A stretch of DNA of 25,678 nt, from the NCBI GenBank assembly GCA_043822305.1, contig JBDRBU010000122.1, forward strand, positions 1 through 25,678, in the 5' to 3' direction. Shown one piece after another: positions 9,114 to 16,088 of the stretch (positions are counted from its first letter, which is position 1; each line of letters starts with the position of its first letter). The DNA comes from Candidatus Firestoneibacteriota bacterium (lineage in GTDB: Bacteria; Oederibacteriota; D2-FULL-39-29; JBDRBU01). The notes under the pieces were generated by a model. The model saw nothing but the letters and a program-made list of their open reading frames with translations, was not told where the DNA came from and did not search any database. The position numbers and the translations under genes are program-made.

Positions 9114-9725
9114 ATGATTGAAAAAATATTAGCGGTTTTAAGTGGTTTTATTATAGCCGTCATTTCTACATTAGGATACTGGGGGATTATTTTAAGTATG
9201 GCCATAGAATCTGCCTGTATTCCACTTCCCAGTGAAATAATTATGCCATTTTCTGGTTATCTTGTCTGGACAGGTAAATTTACATTATTTGGAATATCTT
9301 TAGCCGGAGCAATTGGTTGTGTCCTTGGTTCTGTAGTTACTTACTATATTGGTGTCTTAGGTGGCAGACCTTTATTAGAGAAATATGGTAAATATGTCCT
9401 GATTTCACATCACGACTTAGAAGTAGCCGATAAGTTTTTTGCAAAATATGGAGACTCCGCAATATTTATTAGTAGATTACTTCCAGTTGTTAGAACATTT
9501 ATATCACTTCCGGCTGGAATTGTTAAAATGAATTTTGTAAAATTTTTCATATATTCGTTAGTTGGCTCATTTATCTGGTGTTTATTTTTAGGATGGATTG
9601 GATTAAAATTAGGCGAACATTGGAATACGCTTGGAATATACTTTCATAAATTTGATATTGTAATCGGTATAATCATTGTCATTGGAATTGTATTATATTT
9701 ATATCGTCATCTTAGTAAAAAGTAG
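9114..9725 (+). CDS. dedA: DedA family membrane protein
   Basis: ESACIPLPSEIIMPFSG, SRLLPVVRTFISLPAG motifs. Confidence 0.93.
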   Translation: MIEKILAVLSGFIIAVISTLGYWGIILSMAIESACIPLPSEIIMPFSGYLVWTGKFTLFGISLAGAIGCVLGSVVTYYIGVLGGRPLLEKYGKYVLISHHDLEVADKFFAKYGDSAIFISRLLPVVRTFISLPAGIVKMNFVKFFIYSLVGSFIWCLFLGWIGLKLGEHWNTLGIYFHKFDIVIGIIIVIGIVLYLYRHLSKK

Positions 9726-9770
9726 GGACAGATACTATTTTTATTGATGTAGTTGCCTCATTTATGAGGC
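9725..9770 (+). repeat. bipartite GGGACA / GTAG-REP-like element, copy A
   Basis: GGGACAGATACTATTT, then GTAGTT and hairpin GCCTCAT-TT-ATGAGGC (9755-9770); related copies at 12955-13009 (-) and 24484-24512 (+). Confidence 0.65.
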
Positions 9771-9790
9771 TTGTTTTATTTGGAGTGAAT

Positions 9791-11188
9791 ATGATAAGAG
9801 TACGATTCGCGCCATCACCAACAGGAAACTTGCATATAGGTGGAGTAAGAACTGCTTTATTTAACTTTCTTTTTGCTAAGAATAACAACGGGAAATTTAT
9901 TTTAAGAATAGAAGATACCGATACATTGCGTTCAAAAAAAGAATACGAAGATAATATAATTGAATCATTAAAATGGTTAAAGATGGACTGGGACGAACTT
10001 TACAGGCAATCAGAAAGGATGAATTTATACAAAGAATATGTAAAAAAAATAATTGATTCTGGCTATGCTTATAAATGTTTTTGTACAAAAGAAGAACTTG
10101 CCGAGAAAAGAAAATTTTATGAGGCGAAAAAATTAGCGTATAAATATGATGGTAAATGTAGAAATTTAACAGAAGGAGAAATAAAGCAACTTAAAGACGA
10201 AGGCCGACCTTTTGCGATAAGGTTTAAAATCCCTGAAGGGACAGTAGAGATAAATGACTTAATACGCGGAAAAATTACCTTTAACAATAATGAATTAGAT
10301 GATATTGTTATCCAAAGAACAGACGAAATTCCAACTTATAATTTTTGCGTTGTTCTAGACGATGCTTTAATGGAAATAACTCATGTGATGAGAGGTGAAG
10401 ACCATATATCAAATACTCCAAGACAAATTTTGCTTTATCAAGCATTAGGATTCAAACTACCGGAATTTGCTCATATACCTTTAATCTTAGCCGAAGATAA
10501 ATCAAGACTATCTAAAAGACAAGGAGCAGTTGCGGTAACTGATTACAAAGACAAAGGATACCTTTCTGAAACAGTTATTAACTTTTTAGCCTTACTTGGT
10601 GCTTCTTACGAGAAAGATAAAGAAATTTTTAGTTTAGAAGAACTAATTCAAAAATTTGATTTATCAAAAGTAAATAAAAGCCCGGCCGTATTTGATCTGG
10701 ATAAATTAAACTATTTAAATGGTTATTATATAAGACAGAAAAAAGATGAAGAGGTTGCAGAGTTAATTAAGCCATTTTTACAGAAGTATAATTTAAGTTG
10801 TGAGGAAGAAAAATTAAAACAAATTATAAAATTAGAAAAAGAAAGACTAAAAAAATTAGAAGATATAGTTGATGAAAAATATTTCTTTACTGATGAAATT
10901 TCATATGATAAAGACGCTGTTCAAAAATATTTTAAAGACAAAAATGTTCTTAATTTATTAAAAGAATATACAACTGCATTAGAAAAAATTGAAATTTTTG
11001 ATGCTTCTTCTTTGGAAAAATTTACCCGAGAATTTTTAACAAGAAAAAATTTAAAACTAAAAGATTTAGTTCATCCCGTAAGATTAACTTTAACCGGAAA
11101 ATTAGTTAGTGCCGGCCTTTTTGAACTAATGGAAGTTTTAGGAAAAGAAACCTGTATAAAAAGATTGAAAATTCAATTGACATTTTAA
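9791..11188 (+). CDS. gltX: Glutamate--tRNA ligase
   Basis: RFAPSPTG, HIGG, LRIEDTD, RGEDH, RLSKR; start set at ATG 9791 after a GGAG RBS. Confidence 0.97.
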   Translation: MIRVRFAPSPTGNLHIGGVRTALFNFLFAKNNNGKFILRIEDTDTLRSKKEYEDNIIESLKWLKMDWDELYRQSERMNLYKEYVKKIIDSGYAYKCFCTKEELAEKRKFYEAKKLAYKYDGKCRNLTEGEIKQLKDEGRPFAIRFKIPEGTVEINDLIRGKITFNNNELDDIVIQRTDEIPTYNFCVVLDDALMEITHVMRGEDHISNTPRQILLYQALGFKLPEFAHIPLILAEDKSRLSKRQGAVAVTDYKDKGYLSETVINFLALLGASYEKDKEIFSLEELIQKFDLSKVNKSPAVFDLDKLNYLNGYYIRQKKDEEVAELIKPFLQKYNLSCEEEKLKQIIKLEKERLKKLEDIVDEKYFFTDEISYDKDAVQKYFKDKNVLNLLKEYTTALEKIEIFDASSLEKFTREFLTRKNLKLKDLVHPVRLTLTGKLVSAGLFELMEVLGKETCIKRLKIQLTF

Positions 11189-11212
11189 ATAGTATTTTAA
11201 ACTACTTCTCTA

Positions 11213-11241
11213 TTGACATTTCAAATTACATTTGTTATACT
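11213..11241 (+). promoter_or_regulatory. sigma70 promoter of the phd-relE TA module
   Basis: TTGACA (11213-11218) - 17 nt - TATACT (11236-11241) with an extended -10 TG. Confidence 0.75.
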
Positions 11242-11258
11242 TCATTCGGAGGTGCAAA

Positions 11259-11543
11259 ATGATAACTTTAAAAGAAAATACTACTTTAGTAGGCATAACG
11301 GAATTAAGGCTTAAAATAGATGATGTTCTTAAATCAGCAAAAAAAGGCAAAGTAATTATTGAAAAAAGGAATAAACCCGTGGCCGTGCTTTTAACAACAG
11401 AAGAATATGAAAAAATAGAAGAACTTCTTGATCTTGTGGAAGATAAGATTTTCGGTGAGATTGCCAGAAAAAGATACGAAGAACATACAGAAAAAGATTA
11501 TATATCATTGGAAGAATCTAAAAAAAGAGTTGGACTAAAGTAA
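11259..11543 (+). CDS. Phd/YefM family antitoxin
   Basis: VGITELR...VIIEKRNKPVAVLL Phd signature; GGAGGTG RBS before ATG 11259; upstream of a RelE-like gene. Confidence 0.88.
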   Translation: MITLKENTTLVGITELRLKIDDVLKSAKKGKVIIEKRNKPVAVLLTTEEYEKIEELLDLVEDKIFGEIARKRYEEHTEKDYISLEESKKRVGLK

Positions 11544-11544
11544 A

Positions 11545-11838
11545 ATGTGGACTGTTGAAATTAGTAGATTAGTTTTTGAAGAAGATTTTAAAAAAATTGA
11601 CAAAAATGACCAGCATTTAATAATTAGGACAGTTACTAAGAAATTAGCATCAGACCCTGAAAACTATGGTGAACCCTTAAAATATGGATTAAAAGGATTT
11701 TGGAAATTAAAGGTAATGAACTATCGAGTTATATATAAGATTGAAAAAGAAAAAATAAAGGTTTTTGTTGTAAAAGTTGGATTAAGAAGAAATTTAGAAG
11801 TCTATAAAGAAATGATTTCAAGAATTCGAAAATTATAA
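11545..11838 (+). CDS. RelE/ParE family toxin
   Basis: 97 aa basic protein; GEPLKYGLKGFWKLKVMNYRVIY...VVKVGLRR RelE pattern. Confidence 0.88.
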   Translation: MWTVEISRLVFEEDFKKIDKNDQHLIIRTVTKKLASDPENYGEPLKYGLKGFWKLKVMNYRVIYKIEKEKIKVFVVKVGLRRNLEVYKEMISRIRKL

Positions 11839-11855
11839 CTTACAGGAGAAAAATT

Positions 11856-12854
11856 ATGCCAGAATTAAGACAAAATCGCACCACAAAAGAATGGGTTATT
11901 ATTGCTACTGAAAGGGCAAAAAGACCTGAGGATTTCAAAATAATTAAAGAAAAAAAAGAAATTCCTGAGTATGCTCCAACTTGTCCATTCTGCCCTGGTC
12001 ATGAAGATAAAACTCCACCTACATTATTCTCAATAGGGAATGGTAAAAACTGGGATATAAGAGTCACCTTAAATAAATATTCTGCTCTTTCATTAGATAC
12101 TGAACCATCTGAAAAAACTGATGAGTTTTTTAGAAGCAGAGGTGGATATGGACATCATGAAGTAGTCATAGAAACTCCAAAACATAACATGACTACTGCC
12201 TTGCTTCCTGAAAGTAATATCTCAAATATTATAAAAACATACAAAGAAAGATATTTAATAATAACAAGAGATAAAAAAATTCGTAATATTATTATTTTCA
12301 AAAATCACGGTGAAACCGCAGGAACATCTCTTGAGCATCCACATTCTCAGATAGTAGGCACTCCTGTAGTTCCATACCAGGTAAGGAGTAGATTAGAAGA
12401 AGCCATGAGGCATTATGATGACCATAATGAATGTATATTTTGCAAAATGATTAAAGAAGAAATAAAAGCAAAAGAAAGGGTGATAATAGAAACTGACCTT
12501 TTTATATCTTTTGTTCCTTATGCTGCCTTAACGCCTTTTCATATTTGGATTTTTCCAAAACATCACCATTCAACATTTGGAGAGATTCACGAAGAAGAAA
12601 TTCCGGATTTGGCAAGAGTTTTAAAGATGACTTTGCATAAACTTTATTTTGGATTAAATAATCCAGACTATAATTATGTAATTCGCTCTGCCCCTACCGA
12701 TGGAAGAGGTTTAGCCTATTTCCACTGGTATATAAGTATAATTCCCAGGCTAACAAAATCTGCTGGATTTGAATTAGGTTCTGGAATGTTTATAAATGTG
12801 TCCTTACCTGAAGAAAATGCAAGATTTTTAAGAGAGATTAATCCACCTAATTAA
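11856..12854 (+). CDS. galT: Galactose-1-phosphate uridylyltransferase (GalT/HIT family)
   Basis: ERAKRP, CPFCPG, GTSLEHPHSQ catalytic HxHxQ, AGFELGSG. Confidence 0.9.
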   Translation: MPELRQNRTTKEWVIIATERAKRPEDFKIIKEKKEIPEYAPTCPFCPGHEDKTPPTLFSIGNGKNWDIRVTLNKYSALSLDTEPSEKTDEFFRSRGGYGHHEVVIETPKHNMTTALLPESNISNIIKTYKERYLIITRDKKIRNIIIFKNHGETAGTSLEHPHSQIVGTPVVPYQVRSRLEEAMRHYDDHNECIFCKMIKEEIKAKERVIIETDLFISFVPYAALTPFHIWIFPKHHHSTFGEIHEEEIPDLARVLKMTLHKLYFGLNNPDYNYVIRSAPTDGRGLAYFHWYISIIPRLTKSAGFELGSGMFINVSLPEENARFLREINPPN

Positions 12855-12860
12855 TATTTT

Positions 12861-12935
12861 GTAGTCGCAGGTTTAACTTTCATTAATGTAAAATAAATAA
12901 TTAGGAATGCACCGCGAAGCGGGTGTGAGCCTGCG
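12861..12935 (+). repeat. GTAG-type REP-like hairpin split by an inner insert carrying CCGC-GAA-GCGG
   Basis: GTAGT-CGCAGGTT (12861-12873) complements AGCCTGCG (12928-12935) at 7 of 8 positions; inner hairpin at 12912-12922. Confidence 0.5.
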
Positions 12936-12954
12936 CGATTTATCAGGTTTTTTA

Positions 12955-13009
12955 TCCAATGAATTGGGCAACTACAATTGCTCAGAAAAATAAGTGGGCG
13001 TTGTCCCTA
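12955..13009 (-). repeat. bipartite GGGACA / GTAG-REP-like element, copy B (overlaps the queC 3' end)
   Basis: Minus strand TAGGGACAACGCCCACTTATTT...GTAGTTGC-CCAAT-TC-ATTGG. Confidence 0.65.
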
Positions 13010-13640
13010 GTTTTCTCAATAAACAACTATCACATTTACCGCATGGTTTTCTTCCACCTTTATAGCATGACCAGGTTAAATCAAAAGGGATTTTTAATTT
13101 TTTACCTAATTTTACAATCTCTGCTTTGGATTTTTTAATCAAAGGGGTTATTATTTTTATTTTTTTACCTTCCACTCCTTTTTTTGTCCCTAATTTGATA
13201 ATCTTTTGAAATGCTTTGTAAAAGTTTGGTCTACAATCTGGATATCCGCTATAATCTATTGCATTTGCACCTGTAAAGATTACATCAGCATTAATAGATT
13301 CAGCATACGATATTGCAAAACTTAAGAATATAGTGTTTCTGCCTGGAACATATGTAACGGGGATTTCTTTTTTCATCTTTTTAATATCCCTATTAATTGG
13401 AACTAAAATTTTTTTATCTGTTAGAGCACTTTTACTCCAAGGCAATTTTATTTTTACTATTTGATATTTACATTTTAATTTTTTCGATATCTTTACAGCA
13501 GATTTAATTTCTTTTTTATGTCTTTGTCCATAATCAAAAATTAAACAAAAACATTTATATCCTTCCTTTCTTGCAAAATACAATGTTGTTGTAGAATCAA
13601 GTCCACCTGACAGTAAAACAACTGCTTTCTTTTTATCCAT
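12972..13640 (-). CDS. queC: 7-cyano-7-deazaguanine synthase
   Basis: SGGLDST, YGQRH, YVPGRN, DYSGYPDCR, SCY...PCGKCDSC zinc site. Confidence 0.96.
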   Translation of the reverse strand: MDKKKAVVLLSGGLDSTTTLYFARKEGYKCFCLIFDYGQRHKKEIKSAVKISKKLKCKYQIVKIKLPWSKSALTDKKILVPINRDIKKMKKEIPVTYVPGRNTIFLSFAISYAESINADVIFTGANAIDYSGYPDCRPNFYKAFQKIIKLGTKKGVEGKKIKIITPLIKKSKAEIVKLGKKLKIPFDLTWSCYKGGRKPCGKCDSCLLRKLGTTPTYFSEQL

Positions 13641-14406
13641 ACTTATTTATACTCTCCATTACTTTTAAACTTTTTAATCTACTCTCAAAATAATACTCTA
13701 TCCAATAAGAAACTATACTTTTTATATCTTCTTCTGATTTTTTATTTATTATTAGTTTACTTAAAGAATAAAATCCTTTTTTTTGTAAATACTCCAATAT
13801 CTTCAAAGTACTGTTCGGTATTTTTATACTCTCTACATCTAATACTCCACAATTACTACATATTATACCGCCAAATCTTGCACTTAAATTTTTAATTAAT
13901 CCTGAATTTATCTTAATATATTCATTACATGAAGAACAAGAATTTAAATTAATTTTATATCCAACTAACGATAAGAACTTTACCATAAAGCCCATCTGAA
14001 CTTTTTCTTCATATCTAACACAATTTACAAGATGTAAAGTATAACTAAAAAAATTATATAGTTGGATGTTTTTTTCAGTATATGGCACAAAATTATATAT
14101 AAATTCAGAGATGACTGAAGCAACTCCAAACTTTTTAATATCTTTAGATATATTTGGAAGAAATTTATTTATCTTTGTTTGAGTAATTAAATATAAATCT
14201 TTATGCTCTTTTTTAAACATAAATAATTCACTTTCAGTAAAAAGTTCTAAGGAAGAACCAAACCTGCTTCTAACTTTTTTAGCACCCTTGGCTATAGCGT
14301 TTATTTTTCCAAAAGATTTAGTATAAATAGTTAAATGTTTACCTGTCTCTCCAAAACTTCTCGATTTAATGATTATGCCAACTGTCTTATGATATGGAAT
14401 ATTCAC
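13633..14406 (-). CDS. recO: DNA repair protein RecO
   Basis: N-terminal OB fold (GKINAIAKGAKK..SRFGSSLELF), CSSC...CSNC zinc finger, C-terminal LKSL. Confidence 0.92.
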   Translation of the reverse strand: MNIPYHKTVGIIIKSRSFGETGKHLTIYTKSFGKINAIAKGAKKVRSRFGSSLELFTESELFMFKKEHKDLYLITQTKINKFLPNISKDIKKFGVASVISEFIYNFVPYTEKNIQLYNFFSYTLHLVNCVRYEEKVQMGFMVKFLSLVGYKINLNSCSSCNEYIKINSGLIKNLSARFGGIICSNCGVLDVESIKIPNSTLKILEYLQKKGFYSLSKLIINKKSEEDIKSIVSYWIEYYFESRLKSLKVMESINKYG

Positions 14407-15062
14407 TTTCTTACAGGATCTATTGGCTTAATTTCATTATCAATTGGCTCTTTTTCTTTTGGCACTTCTGGAATTGGTGGCGGATTAATATTAAAAGCAT
14501 AATATATAGAAATTATTAGAAACGGAGAAAATGAATTTGGAAATTTGTAGTTATAACAATCTGTGTTTGCATAATCATAAAATAAATAATTTTTATATGG
14601 ATAAACCGTTAACCCTGCGCCTAAATCCAAAAACCAATCTTTTGCTAAATTATTTCTAGCACCTAATACAATTCCATTATGAATTTCTCCAATTAGTTTA
14701 ATTTCATCACTTAATTTATATTCTAAGCCAGCGAATAAAAAATAAGGGAATGGATTTATACCAACACTTAATATTCCAAAATCAAAGTTTTTAGTATAAA
14801 CTATGTAAGGGTATAAGCCAAAAATAAGAGATGCTCCAATTCCTAATTTAGAACCATCTTGATAAGAGATATTGTATTTTATACCGTGAACCCCTATTTC
14901 TAAATCAGGTCTTATACCTAAATCCAAATAAAAAATCCCGATAGAACATTGATCTTTTGAAAGAGTTGATGCCGTAGGAATTGTAAGAAGCCATGAAGGT
15001 TCTTTTAATTCCAATCCATAAACTATCTTACATAAAACAATAAAAAGAACTAATTTTTTCAT
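14403..15062 (-). CDS. Exported hypothetical protein, possible outer-membrane beta-barrel with Pro/charged tail
   Basis: Signal-peptide-like N-terminus, alternating aromatic/Gly strands (FAGLEYKL, FLDLGAGL, SIYYAF); 4-nt overlaps with both neighbours. Confidence 0.6.
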   Translation of the reverse strand: MKKLVLFIVLCKIVYGLELKEPSWLLTIPTASTLSKDQCSIGIFYLDLGIRPDLEIGVHGIKYNISYQDGSKLGIGASLIFGLYPYIVYTKNFDFGILSVGINPFPYFLFAGLEYKLSDEIKLIGEIHNGIVLGARNNLAKDWFLDLGAGLTVYPYKNYLFYDYANTDCYNYKFPNSFSPFLIISIYYAFNINPPPIPEVPKEKEPIDNEIKPIDPVRK

Positions 15063-16015
15063 TTTATTTTGCCTAAGTTTTGAGCAAAATAAGCATAAAA
15101 AAGGCCCTTTGATGATTTAAATTTATCTTTTTCAAAAAAAACTAACTCTGTCCACAATTCCGTTTCTTCTGCTTTCATCCCTTTTACTCCGTGTCTGGGG
15201 AGATCTTCTACTAAAATTATACTCCCTATGGCTCTTACTTTGTATTTACCGCTTACTTTCTGATTAAACTCTTTTTCATCATTAATATAATTTTCTTTTA
15301 CCTCTTTATCCTGTTGATATTTATATGTTTCTGGATGAGTTGGTAATCCTATTCTTTGGCTACAACCGATTTTCCACATACCATCTGTTATAAAAAAATA
15401 ATTCATTATATCACTAAGAACTACTGGAATATTTTCAGAATAAACATATTGTCCTTCAATCTTAATAACCTTTCCACAATATGATTTTATATCTTTTACT
15501 AAGTCACTAATTTTCACATTTACAATTAAGTTTGGCTCAGATATAATCTCCTTGTCTTTTTTAAATATTGACAAAATATCAAGTCCTGGTTTTCTACTTA
15601 CTATTTCACTACTTGCAATCCATTTTAGATAATATTTTCCCATGAATGGTTTACTGGCACTTACTATAAAAAAGTAATCTCGGTATTTTAAATTTCTAAT
15701 TTTAATTTTATTTTTATCTGTTAAAAATATTTCGGCTTTATCAGTTAATGATTGTATCATTCTTAATTCACCTTCTTCAAATCCCTTGCCTCTTTTTAGA
15801 ATATTTACTATATAGTTTGGAATATTCTTCGTATCAAACATTCTTACAAAATATGCCGTTGCTTCTTGTACCTCATTCCACTCTAAGATAAGTTCGCCTG
15901 CTTGATCTCCCTTAGAAACTTTTACATTTAGATCTTGCTCACAATAAATAATTGGCGAGAAACTTATCAAAACAACAGCACTAAGAATTAGCATCCAAGA
16001 ACTATTATATTTCAT
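15059..16015 (-). CDS. Exported hypothetical protein (FN3-like N-terminal region, possible OB-fold C-terminal region)
   Basis: AGGAG RBS before ATG 16015; signal peptide; LILEWNEVQEATAYFV...YFFIVSA FN3-like pattern. Confidence 0.55.
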   Translation of the reverse strand: MKYNSSWMLILSAVVLISFSPIIYCEQDLNVKVSKGDQAGELILEWNEVQEATAYFVRMFDTKNIPNYIVNILKRGKGFEEGELRMIQSLTDKAEIFLTDKNKIKIRNLKYRDYFFIVSASKPFMGKYYLKWIASSEIVSRKPGLDILSIFKKDKEIISEPNLIVNVKISDLVKDIKSYCGKVIKIEGQYVYSENIPVVLSDIMNYFFITDGMWKIGCSQRIGLPTHPETYKYQQDKEVKENYINDEKEFNQKVSGKYKVRAIGSIILVEDLPRHGVKGMKAEETELWTELVFFEKDKFKSSKGLFYAYFAQNLGKIK

Positions 16016-16049
16016 AAATATTTTTCTCCTTTTTTTTTCTATTTGGAGT

Positions 16050-16068
16050 GCATTGACTGTGTCAATGC
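16050..16068. repeat. perfect hairpin GCATTGAC-TGT-GTCAATGC (REP-like or operator)
   Basis: 8-bp inverted repeat between the ppdK stop and the next RBS, preceded by TGGAGT. Confidence 0.55.
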
Positions 16069-16088
16069 TTATTTTATTCAATTTTATA

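Noticed and set aside
11177..11203. Second promoter from the upstream TTGACA
   Set aside because: Best -10 (TAAACT) is only 15 nt away and the -35 lies within gltX; the downstream promoter fits much better
11189..11258. tRNA after gltX
   Set aside because: Short AT-rich spacer with no cloverleaf or TTCGA arm
12972..13640. QueC as QatC/Cap9-type defence or dpd DNA-modification gene
   Set aside because: Canonical QueC motifs, overlaps recO, and no qat, CBASS or dpd genes in the window
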